NCBI GenBank assembly: GCA_951406725.2
Contig: OX597828.1
Coordinates: forward strand, 66,464,001 to 66,528,000
DNA: 64,000 nucleotides
From: Octopus vulgaris
Lineage: Eukaryota
Reading direction: 5' to 3'
Part shown: piece after piece, positions 12,985 through 24,960 of the stretch
How positions within the stretch are numbered: the first letter of the stretch is position 1
Layout of the letters: each line of letters opens with the position of its first letter
Translations under genes and position numbers: made by a program
The notes under the pieces: generated by a model
The model's database searches: none
What the model was told of the DNA's origin: nothing
Seen by the model: the letters and a program-made list of their open reading frames with translations, nothing else

Positions 12985-13201
12985 TTAACTCTTTGGCATT
13001 TAAACAGCTGTATCCCAAATATTCTACGTGTTTTTTGTTTAAACTGGCCAGATCTGACCTGTCACACCTATCTTACAATGTCATTCTAAAGGTAAACAGT
13101 CATGTCATTGAAATCTTGAAGCTTCAAGATAATGCTTGATGAATTCAAAACCATGAATAAACTTTACATTTGACAAAATAATCTGAATGCTAAAGGGTTG
13201 A
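12985..13201. mobile_element. piggyBac-like MITE, family C (inverted)
   Basis: Reverse complement of the 7648 copy; ends AATGCTAAAGGGTTGA. Further copies at ~14482-14635, ~16945-17155, 25662-25880, 30649-30730, 40271-40471, 42671-42760, 44870-45030. Confidence 0.8.
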
Positions 13202-13395
13202 AGTTATTGTTTGTCTTCTGTTATTCTTTCAAACATGCTTGCATAGGTCAGACATAACAGGATGTCCTTCCAGTTGCCAACCCTCACCTGTCTCCAAGCG
13301 AAGCAATATTCGTTTTGGCCAGACATGTTTTTACACAACATTGGAAATATTGGCATCATATGGCAGTTACAATTGAGAGTCACTATCTTGCAACC

Positions 13396-13451
<56 letters not shown>

Positions 13452-14028
13452 CATGGGCTGAATCCAAACTACATGATTGGGGAGTAAACTCTTTTAATCA
13501 TACCTGCACATCTGGGAAAGCAATGTAGATGTGAATTTTCGAAGTTTAATGCAATGGAATATATTGAACTCTGATAATTATGGCTATTATTTCTTGTGCC
13601 TAAGCAATATCTCAAGAAGTCAAGCAGGCAATGACAAATGACCGAGGCTTTTGGCAATATGCTGTGCTTGAGTAAAAGACCCATGAAATCAAGCAAAATA
13701 GTTGTGGCAGATATTGGTGTCATGCATCCATTAAACTTTTGGAATGGTTGGTGTTAGGAAGGGTATCCAGCCGTTGAAACCATGCTAAATCAGACTGGAG
13801 TCTGGTGTAGCCCCTCAGCTTACCAACCCTGGTCTAACGGTCCAGCTCATGTCAACATGGACAACAGACAAATGATGATCATGTGTGTGTGAATACATCT
13901 CTTACATGCATTTGTATATATGTATGTATACATATGTATGAATATATATATCTATACATGCATGTGTATGTATGTATGTGTGTGTGTTTGTATGTTGATG
14001 ATGATGCATATAACACATATTTTATATA

Positions 14029-14370
14029 GGTGCAGGAGTGGCTGTGTTAAGAAGCTTGCTTCCCAACCACATGGTTCTAGGTTCAGTTCCACTGTGTGGC
14101 ACCTTGGACAAATGTCTTCAACTATAGCCTTTGGCTGACCAAAGTGTTGTGAATGGATTTGGTAGATGGAAACTGAAAGAAGCCAATCATATATATGTAT
14201 GTGTTTGTGTGTTTGTATTTACATCCTCATAACTTAGCAGTTTGGCAAAAGGGACCGATAGAATAAGTACTAGGGTTACAAAGAATAAGTTCTGGGGTCA
14301 GTTTGTTTGACTAAAGGTGGTGCTCCAGCATGGCCGCAGTCAAATGACTGAAACTAGTAAATGAATAAAA
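14029..14370 (+). mobile_element. tRNA-derived CORE-like SINE, family B1, full length
   Basis: GGAGTGGCTGTGTTAAG head, GGCACCTTGGACAAATGTCTTC core, (TG)n hinge, 3' CAGCATGGCCGCAGTCAAATGACTGAAAC. Confidence 0.85.
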
Positions 14371-15444
14371 GTATACATATGCAACATATACACATGTGTA
14401 CGCAGAACATATCATTATTATCATTGTTTTAATCTCCACTTTTCCGTGCTTGTATAGATCAGATGGAATTCATCAATTTGTTAGCATTTAAACCAGCCGT
14501 ATCTGGCCCAAATATTCTGCCTGTTTTATGTTCAAACTGTCAAGATCTGGCCTCTCACACCTACCCTACAATATCCTTCTAAAAATATGCAATCACATCA
14601 TCAAAATCTCAAAGCTACAAGATAATGCATGTTTCATACCCTTACTGCTACAAACACTCATCTTTTTCCAACTGAGGTAATATTTCCTTGTGGCTGGGCA
14701 TATTTTTGTGAAAGATTGGAGATGGATACTGCTTCTGTGATGGTGGCACTTGTTTATAGCTATCACACACACTGTCAAGACCGAATGAAACAGACCTACA
14801 TGCACCATCATTTTAGCATCCACTTTGCAAGAGCCATGTGTGGGCACTGTGTAAAAAGCACCTGTGCTGGCACCACATAATAAAACCCCAGCTGGTTCTA
14901 CGTTAAGAGCACCCAGCACACACTGTAAAGTGGTTGATGTTAGGAAGGGTGTCCAGCTGTAGAAACCAAGCCAAATCAGACCGGAACCTGGTGTAGTTCT
15001 TCTGTTTGCCAGCAAAGAAAACAGGCATTAAATGATGATGATGATTTCCTATTTTCCTATGCCCTGCTGCTCTTCTTGTCAATCTCACCTGTCTCCAAAA
15101 AATGTTAATGTATCCCTTAATCCTTCAGAACGACTCATACCTCAGTGGCCAAACATGCTTTTGTAAAGGAGTGCAAATGAATAACACTGTATGACAGGAG
15201 CTTTTGTTTATAGCATACTCGAGTCAGCACAGGGGAACACACACACACACACACAATAGGCCTTTTCCAGTTTCTGTCTTCTATATTTCATTCACAAGAT
15301 ATTGGTCAGTTTGTCCTGTTGTAGAAGACATCAGCCAACAGTGTTCATAGAGTAGAAACAAACCTGCACTTATATCATGCCTATGTAAATATATACATGC
15401 TCTGTGTGTATGTGAATGAATATATACACACACACACACACACA

Positions 15445-15479
<35 letters not shown>

Positions 15480-15883
15480 GGAGGCATGGCTGCTTGGTTA
15501 GATGTTTGCTTTCTAATGACACAGTCTCGGGTTCAGTCCAACTCTATGGTACTTTGGGCAGGTGTCTTCTATCAAACTGACCAAATCCTTGTGAGTGAAT
15601 TTGGTCAACAGAAACTGAAAGAAGCTCATTGTATGTGTGCGTGTGTGTGTGTGTGTGTCAGTGTCTCCATACTTTGACTTCAAGCAAATGTCATTGTCAT
15701 GGAAACTACCTTTCATTTACAATCGTCCATGAAAACATGAGGCCATGGAGAATATCACCTTACTTGGAAGCAGGTGAAGGTTGTCAATAAAAAGGGCATC
15801 CAGCTGTTGAAAGATCTGCTCCAACAAGCCCCCATCCAACCCCATGCAATCATTGGAAAAGTGGACATTAAATGAGGATGATA
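15480..15883 (+). mobile_element. SINE family B2: family-B head joined to an RTE-type tail
   Basis: Same head as 14029 up to (TG)n, then a different 3' half ending AAGGGCATCCAGCTG...GGACATTAAATGAGGATGAT. Confidence 0.7.
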
Positions 15884-15949
15884 TATATTTGAATTTGTTT
15901 ATGCTCTTGATAGAAGTGTTCTAGATTTTTCCCTTATTTTATTTTTCAG

Positions 15950-16085
15950 GAGCCAGATTGCGCAGTCCAAAAGCAGTCTCGAAGCTGCTGCTGAGGCTGC
16001 AGCCAAAGTTAATGCTATGCTTATTGCTAAAGGAAAATTAAAGCCCTCTCAACTAGTGCAGCCAGTTGTGAATGCTAAATCTAAG
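15950..16085 (+). CDS. KHDC4: KHDC4/BLOM7-like, first recognised internal coding exon ([45 protein letters not shown])
   Basis: Acceptor ttttcAG (15949), donor GTAAG (16086). Translation matches the recalled human KHDC4 motif [23 protein letters not shown]. Enters phase 2, exits phase 0. Confidence 0.93.
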
Positions 16086-16186
16086 GTAAGATAGATAGTT
16101 TATTAGTTTTACTTTATAAATTCACTGCAGTCAGTCACTTATTCTTTGTGTGTATGTAGGTGTTAATATACATACCAATATATGTT

Positions 16187-16530
16187 AAGGCTGGCAGAAT
16201 CATTAGCATGCTGAGCGAAATGCTTGCAGCATTTCTTCTATCTTTACGTCCTGGGTTCAAATGCCATCAGGGTTGACTTTGTCTTTAATCCTTTTGGGGG
16301 TTGATAAAATCTTTTTCTACTCTAGGCACAAGGCCCGAAATTTTGGGGGCGGGGACCAGTCGATTAGATTGAGTCCAGTGCGTAACTGGTACTTAATTTA
16401 TCGACCTCGAATGGATGAAAGGCAAAGTCGACCTCGGCGGAATTTGAACTCAGAACGTAAAATCAGTACCAGTTGAGTACTTTGCTGCTCCCCTGAAATA
16501 CTAGCCTTGTGCCAAAATTTGAACCAGACT
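16187..16530. mobile_element. Family A-type SINE (+) interrupted by an antisense related copy (16312-16457)
   Basis: TAAAATC duplicated at 16305-16311 and 16458-16464 around the inverted copy. Confidence 0.8.
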
Positions 16531-16707
16531 TTTGTGTCTGTTTTGGCATAGTTTTCATGGCTGAATGCCCTTCCTCACACCAACTGCCCTGCACGAGTGC
16601 TTTTCACGTGGCACCAGCTATGGCAAGGTTTTACAGCTTAATACCCTTCCAAATGCCAACCACTTCACAGTGCGGACTGGATGCTTTTTATGTGGTATCA
16701 ACACGAA

Positions 16708-16755
<48 letters not shown>

Positions 16756-18159
16756 TGTACGTATAAGCATTTCACTGAAGTGAATGTCCTCAAAAAGAAA
16801 TAAATGGAAAATATTGGTAATAATTGTTTGCATGCACAATCAGTTTGTTGCAAATTTCTTTTCTTTTTCAGTTAAAAATTACCAGAATGATTTTTAGTTA
16901 ATTTACCAGTTTGTTGTGATGAGTATCTGTCCAACTCTTTACCATCAGATTAATCTGTCTAATGTAATGTTTATTTATTCACATTGTTTTGAATTAATCA
17001 TGTATCATCATGTAGCTTTGAGTTTTTGTTGGTGTGGTTGTTTATTTTTTTGAATGACATAGGGTAGGTACGAGAGATGGGACCCAGGTGGTTTGAACGT
17101 AAAACAGGTAGAATATTTAGGCTGGATATGATTGGTTTAAATGCTGAAGTGTTAATATAGAATTGTCCTTGCCAAAATATTGGCTCTGACAAAAGCATAC
17201 TAGCTTCGCTCATCTTTGTAACATTAATAATCAGCGCAAATATTAGCATTTATGATTTGTAATAATATCAGTTCTAATCAATTCTAAAAATAAAAATGCC
17301 TTTTCTCTTATTACTACCAATAATGAAATTTTCCATCACTCAGAATTGTTCCTTTATGCAAGCCTTTTGGAAATGAATTAATCAGCTGTTTAAATAGTAC
17401 ATTTTTCACTCTCTATCCACCTTGTATCTTGTGGGGCATACCCTGATATCTCATCTCTACCACACTTTCTCTCTTTCCTACTGGGGTACTCATGTATCTC
17501 CTCCACAGCCAGATAGATACCTGTTACGTGGTATGGAGAGGTGCACACACATATAGACAGACATATGTACATGCACACACACACACACACACACACACCT
17601 TTCTGTTTCTATCTACCAAATCCTTTCACAGAGCTTTGGTCAGCCCAGGGCTATTGTAAAAAACTTGTCCAAGGTTCTGTGTAGTGGGATTGAACTAAAA
17701 AACTACATAGTCTCTCATTCATGGCTGTTGGACAGCTATTGACCCTTCAGGGTGTCCAACAAAACTATCCTCCTTAAGAAACAGGCTTGGTAGGGTTTTA
17801 CTGTTTAGTCCTTGATGGCTTGACCATGTGACAGTTGTACAGGTTTACATGTTATTAGAAGCTCTTAAGAGTGACCACACACACATATCCATCCAGCTAT
17901 AAATCAATCAATCAATCATTTTACATGCATTTTTCCTTGCTGGCATGATTTGGGCAGTTCCACAGGATCCAATTGGTTGGAGAACCATGTCATGCTCCAG
18001 GGCCTCAGTTTTGGCATGGTTTCTGTAAGTAGATACCTTCTAATACCACCCACTTTACAGAGTGAATTGGATACATTATTTTTGTGGTATCAGGACTATA
18101 GAAATTGTCCTGCCATTAATGAGATTAGAGAATCTTCTCAAACTATACACTGTCCCTGC

Positions 18160-18387
18160 TTAACCTTCATTACCAACCCGGCTGAAACCGGCTCTGGCTC
18201 AGTGGTACAAATGTTTTGTTTTCATAAGTTTTGAATTAAAATCTTCCACCAAACCTTTGCCACAATTTATATTCCTAATACTAGCTTAATGATAACTGAG
18301 TTATTTTACTAAATTCTTTGTTATATTTAAAATTAATTGAAAGAAACACAGAGCTTCTCAAAATAAATACAGTAACAAAAGGGTTAA
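18160..18387. mobile_element. piggyBac-like MITE, family D
   Basis: Reverse complement of 2161-2389; TTAA at both ends. Confidence 0.85.
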
Positions 18388-20189
18388 GAGTGTACTAAGT
18401 GTACCTTTGTGGTACCAGTACTGCTGGGAATTACCTTGTAGGTAATAAGACTAAAGCTAGATCTTTATGATGGATGGAACAGACTTATTGTTGATTTTCC
18501 TGCTTCACTTGGTGGTTACTCTGGGCCTGAAGTTAATCTTTGGCAGTAACTAAAGTTCAAGAAAACAGGAATTGATATTTAGTTATGGCATTGAAACTTA
18601 TGTTCTACAAATGTAAAACTGTTAATGTAGTTTACCATTTTAAAAACTTGCTGTGTTATATTATTTCCTGCTTGCAGTAAGTATTTGGCAAGGCATAGGT
18701 TCCTCAATAGCAAATAAATAACCTTGTAAACCTCTGGGTGATCACTCAACCAGCTTTAAATAATTGATTGGAGATACCTGAGATAATGTAGTCATAGACA
18801 ACCTATAAAAGATTGATAGTAATGGGTGGGATTTATTTATCTTAGCCAGGATTGACCTCGGGCCAAACAACCAAAGTAACAAAAATATTAATCTCCTACA
18901 ATAAATATTGACCAATCCCCATAATTCTGATTTTTTTTTTTTCATTATTACAGAAAAATCTGTATAATGTCTGAAGGATATATATTTCAGGTAAATTAAA
19001 ATACTCAATCATTTAACTACAATACTCCTCTGTAAATAGGATTTCCTGTTAATCCCTGGTAGGGATTTTAGATGTAGACAAAATAACTCTAAAACTGAAC
19101 AAACTGGATTTAAAAAAAAACTCCCACACACAACACTGTTATATTACTTTCCTCTACCTATGTATTGTGTGCTTATGTCTGTGTATGCTATGTGTCATGT
19201 GCACACACACACAAACACATGTACCCATGCACAAATGTGTATATAGCAACTGACTGACTACTGGTTATGGTGGTGTAGAGCTAGTGTTCAATGTGTGCAT
19301 TTCTTTCCTTTTTCGTTTACATTCATTGCTTTAACAGCATGATCTTTCAGCTGCATCCAACCCATTCTAAACCAGAAGCCATTATACAACAGAATTGCTC
19401 TGTTTACCAATCCGTGGTAAATTTAAAAACACACAACAAAGTAACTATTTATGTATTTTAACCCCTATGTTGATACTTGACCTGTTACAAATAGTTATCA
19501 AAATCTCCCTGAAAACACACTCTTCTGTCGTTAGAAAAATTGATAGCACATTCGACATTGCAGTCCTAAGTGTGTGTGTGTGTGTGTGTGTGTGTAGTTG
19601 ACATTCTTCAACAAGAGATTGGTTAGTAAAATAGCTTTTTGCAGTTGAGGGCAAGAAATTTTGAGTGGACATATCTGATTTCCATTGTAAGAGAGTTAAT
19701 TCTTTTCATGTTAGCATGGGTTTAGATGAGAAAGTTGGACATTAAATGATGATATCGATGCTCTTCCTTACCCGCTTTTCAAGTAAAGGATTTTTTTTTT
19801 TTCATTTTTGAAGTCCTTCAAAAGTACAGTGACTAGGCCGTGTTAAGGTTTGTAAATATAATTCAAGATTTCACTCAAGCAAACCTGTGACATGTCAGCA
19901 TTCATGTACAGTCACACCCTTGTGTCACATAAAATGATAGTACTTAACAAAATGATAGTACTTTTTCAATTATAATGTTACTTTGTAAATTAAAATCAAG
20001 CAACTTTTAATATTCAAATTTTATCCTTAGCTGCAATATTTTAAGTTCAACTTTTCTTGTTCTGTTCTTTACCAGATGTGATAACTTGTCCTGTAATTTT
20101 CCAGGTTTATAATCTTAAGAATATTTTTTCTCTTGCTCACATTTTCCCATGTAATATATATATATATATATATATATAACACTATGAGT

Positions 20190-20540
20190 ATAGTTGAAAT
20201 GCCTTTCGTCATGACAAATTGATCATTCCTCATCTTATAAGACTTATATCTGATGTCTTCATGGACAATATTTCTGACTGTTCCTTCTGACACATGGAGA
20301 TCTTTTGCAATTGACCTCCTGAACTTTCTGGGATTGTAATCAATGGTTTGTTGAACTTGCTTTGATACTGGTGATATTGTTACCATCTTCAGTCTCTAAC
20401 TCCTTACAAACTTTGTAGACGAAAGATCTGACAATTTTTAAAAATCGAGATATTTCTAAATCGCTATGCTCATCCTTTATACCCACAATAACAAACATGC
20501 CTCTTCATTTCTTGAGTTAGCTGAGGGTCTGCCATTATCA
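20190..20540 (-). pseudogene. Tc1/mariner-superfamily transposase N-terminal (HTH) remnant
   Basis: ORF 20069..20386 contains NPRKFRRSIAKDLHVSEGTVRNIVHEDIRYKSYKMR, a typical second-HTH segment. Truncated by (TA)n; limits approximate. Confidence 0.75.
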
Positions 20541-22122
20541 TTTTTTGAAACAAAGATTATACAGAGTTAGCAAAAAAATGCAGCAATGACCCCAAAAAGG
20601 TATGTCCTCAAATACCTTACGCACCCTGTTTATGTCTGTGAAGGCCATATATCTCACTACACAAATGTGTGTATGTATGTGGAAATGTAAAAGAAAATGC
20701 ATAAACAACCCAAAGAAACCAAAGTTACAACCCAATTCTCCTCTGGAATGTTCTGAAATAAATACAGCAATTAAAACTGCTGTGTATTTTTCATTTTGAA
20801 TTGAAAGTTAAATCCAAACAACTACACAAATGAATTAATTTCTTTCTTTGCTTTCCCATGGCCAAATTCTGATTTTAAGCAATGTCCAAAGTTAAAAATT
20901 TAAGGGGATTTAGCATTATATCAAAAACAATGGAAATGGATCTTTTGCAGAGAATATTGTGTATATAAAGATCTTGTGCAGTTATACCTTAGATTAGAAT
21001 CATTATATAAATTTGTGGGAACATCTGTGTTTGTATCCTACCAGAAGCTTACAGCCGCTCTATTTTCCTCTATCTGTCCGGTGCAGCCCTCTGGTTCACC
21101 AGCCCTCAGTTAGAATCGTCCAACCCATGCTAGTATGGAAAGCAGACGTTAAACGATGATGATGATGTCCATATGATTTTGTGTGTGCATACATTTACCA
21201 CTTTCCATCTCTTTATTACTAATTAATAAAGCAAAGTTACCTGTAAGTATAAGCATGTGTGTGTTGGAGTCAGAAAGAGGAAAAAAACAGGTAGTGAGGA
21301 CAAGAGAAAAAGGGAGACATGCTGGCAATTGTAATTAGACAGGGAAAGCAAGAGAAAACAGAGCAAGAAAAAGGGGAGAGAGAGACAGACGTGTGTTTAA
21401 TGAGTAGTTGTTAACAAATAGTTAAGATCAGAGAAATCGGATTTAAACACATTTATATACACAGACAGACATGTATAGAAGAGGAAGGTAGAAAGGGGAG
21501 GATGTAAAACAAGTGGTTCACTTTCTTGGTGTTCTCAATTCAAATGAAGACTGTGTACATAAATATAAGTATATGCACTTAATTGCTGCTCTGTCTGTTG
21601 TGCAGCTCCATGCTGTTAAGTCTCAGTTATCCGTGCAACACTAGCTACTTACTTCTGGTATTATATGTACACACATACGCATGCATCTACATAACTTTGT
21701 TATCTATACACTGTGTGTGTGTGTGTGTGTGCACACATTTATGTATTTGTTTTTTGAAGATTCCTGATGTGAAATCATGTGTTGAAACAGATATTGTTAT
21801 ATTTGTGGACAGTTATATTTTTGCCAATTATATAAAATTTCTCATACAAGAAGATGGAGTGAACAGCCTTTACTCCGAATCACAACAATTGTTTCTGTGC
21901 ATTAGTAACAGCTGTTCGTTGCTGAATTTTCCATTTATACATATTGTTGTATAAATATGATCCTGCAATAGCTGTTTACTCACACCAGACATGTGGGAGT
22001 AAAAATCAAGGGTCCAACCTAGTGCTGTGAAGCATGAGGAATCCTGCTCTCTGATGGCATATGGTATCCAATAACTGTATAGGAGCTTTGAAAATGCATA
22101 TTATAAGGTTATTCCCCAGATG

Positions 22123-22181
<59 letters not shown>

Positions 22182-24253
22182 CTGCAGGCATGTCTGTGTG
22201 GTAAAGAAGTTCACTACTTAACCATGCAGTTTTGAGTTCCCTTCTACCCATTTTATCTTGTGATGCATTGGGTAAGTGGCAGACAGAAACTGTGCAAAAG
22301 CCTGATGTGTGTGTAGGTGTAGGAATGACTGTTGTTTAGAAGCATACTTGCCAACCATGTGGTCTCAGGTTCAGTTCCACTGTATTTGACGTTCTCTCAG
22401 AGTTTCTAAATTCTTTTGATGTATATATACCCACCTCCCAGCCACTCCAGTTTCTCTCACTATCATTCACTATAATTGTGTCCTCCTCATCTCTAAACAT
22501 CTCTTCCCACACTCTTATAGAACATGTCCCTCTATTCCCTCTGTACTACATATACCCCACTCCACGGATCCCTGCAGGTAGACCCCAATACATCTCCAAC
22601 ACCATCTGTTTCTCTCTCTGATTGTCTTTATCTTTTTCTCTAACTCTCCCCTTCCTTTCCTTCCTTGTCCTATTGGAGTAGCCAAGTATCTACTCTACAG
22701 TAAGATAACTCTGTCCTTCTATTGTACTCTAACCTCTTACCTGGCTCACAGCCACTTTCTTTGATTCCACTCCTTCTCTCAGCTGAGAGGTCTTTTGTCA
22801 TGTAAGCTACTTGGCAACCATGGTGCTGGTCTCACATAAGAAGCACTCGTGTTGGTCTCACATAAGAAGCATCTGTGCTGATGCCACATAAGCACCCAGC
22901 ACATTCTGAAAAGTGGTTGGCATTAGGAAAGGCATCCAGCCTTCTGGTTTGCCAGCTCCTGTCAAACTCATGTCAGCATGGAAAATGGCATTAAGTGCTG
23001 ATGATGATGATGATACACACGTGTATTTGTACATATGTATGTATGGCCTACTGATTCCGACCAAAGTCTGTATCTGGCTTTAATATTGTTATTCTAATAG
23101 ACCCACTTCCTTTGACCTATCAATCAATCCAAGGTTGAGTGCTTTCGCTGCAGGCACAGCTTTTAGGTATTTATACTTACATTAGTTCAGAACATTACAA
23201 TTTGCAGCAGCTACAACCTTTTGTGCAACCCACTTTGTTGACTTCAAATGAATACTACTATTTTCTTTCATATATGATTTTCTTCCCAACTACTTTTCTA
23301 TTAATAGGATTTCTAATCTCTGAGCATTATTGGAGAACTAGTGACCTTAAACATATTGAGAGAGAATGGCAGAAAAGTTGTGTAACAATTTTTTTTAATG
23401 ACTAAGTAATTTCTAACTAGTAGTACCCATGGTTATTCTATGATATTTTGAAACTAAGTTGGCTGGAAGTTTATAGAAAAACTATGAAATATAAGTCACA
23501 GGTTATACCATGCTGAAGATTTCTAAAAAGGATGAAACAGTGCCATACATGATTACCAATGAGGAGAAATTTTTAAAACTTCACATTAAATAAAAAAAAA
23601 AAAATTAAAAAAAAGAAGGAAAGAAAGAAGTGAATTCTGATTCATATTGGGATGAAATGATTATCTCTCTATCAAGAAATAAACAATCTTAACTACAGAA
23701 CAAAATTGAAGCTGTAATCTATCCATTGTATTATTCTACTAGTGTGTAACTAAGTTGGTAAAGGTTTCAACAAATCTTAATACACTGTATTACATTTTTA
23801 TTTTCAAAAGAAAGGAATGTTCTTATGGCTAGGCTTGAACCCAGTTCTCATGAACAACATACATTGCTGCTCCACTGAGCTATGGATTCTGGAAAACGTA
23901 TCAGTAATGCCGGTGCAATCATATCTTTATGGTTAAAAAGTTTACTTTGCAACCATGGGGTCCTGAATTTAATCCCACTGTGTAGTACCGTGGGTAAGTG
24001 TTCTCTTCTATAGCATTTGAGTGAAATTTTGTAAGCAAACACAGTATAGAACTCTATTGTGTGTGTTTATACCACTTAACTGCAGTGATGCTGTTGATGA
24101 ACTGTTACATTAACTGTTCAGCTATGACACACATAGATAAAATAATTATTTAATAATTACTGAGGTTGATAGGCTATGCTCAACTAAACTCTTGAATACA
24201 GTACCCCAGCAAGGCTGCAATGCAGGAACTGGTGAAAGACTAAATGAATAAAA

Positions 24254-24297
<44 letters not shown>

Positions 24298-24387
24298 AGA
24301 TTTTACGAAAAAAACAAAACAAAAGATGAAGACAGGTGGTGTATAAAACAAACAAATGTATTAGTATAACACTCAGGAATAGAAAAA

Positions 24388-24427
24388 GTCTTTTATGTTT
24401 CGAGCCTACGCTCTTCTACAGAAAGGG
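24388..24427 (-). ncRNA. Penelope-type minimal hammerhead ribozyme remnant (core variant)
   Basis: Minus strand CTTT-CTGTAGA-A-GAGC-GTAG-GCTC-GAAAC-ATA-AAAG: stem I CTTT/AAAG, stem II GAGC/GCTC, core CUGUAGA instead of CUGANGA. Confidence 0.55.
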
Positions 24428-24661
24428 ACACAGAAAAAAACAAGGAGAGAAAAAAATGTGTGTGGTGGCTAACGATCTATCATGGCAACTGGTTCCTGGA
24501 CAGAAGGGTCACACAAGAGAGCGAAGAAGTAGGGGAGATAGCAAAATAAAGACGACCCCCAACACGAAGTTCCGTTTGTGTATAAGAGAGTATGTATGTG
24601 CATGTGAAAGAGGGCTGATGGTCTGAATATGTGCTTGTATGTGTATATATATATATATAAA

Positions 24662-24960
24662 GGACTTTCCTGTCAAAGCTGACATATGAGCATTTAGCTT
24701 TTGCCAATCAGCCAGCACAAATAATTTGTTTATAGTGATCAAATGTTCGTGCTGCACATCAGCTCACTCTCTCTCCATCAAATCAACGTTGTCTGAACAG
24801 GTGCACTGTGTACCACACGTCAGGTGTCAAAGTGGTCACAGAGCAATGTGAAATGAAGTGTTTTGCTCAAGAACATACAACAAACAACCCAGTCTAGGAA
24901 TTGAAATCACAATCTAACAATCATAAGTGCACTATGATCACTAAGCCATGTGCCCTCACT
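24662..24960 (-). mobile_element. tRNA-derived SINE, family G
   Basis: Reverse complement homologous to 6002-6288. Confidence 0.7.

Noticed and set aside
1-15949. KHDC4 start exon and promoter
   Set aside because: No ATG-containing exon with a phase-2 donor and KHDC4-like N-terminus was recognisable; probably upstream of the window, though a short exon could be missed.
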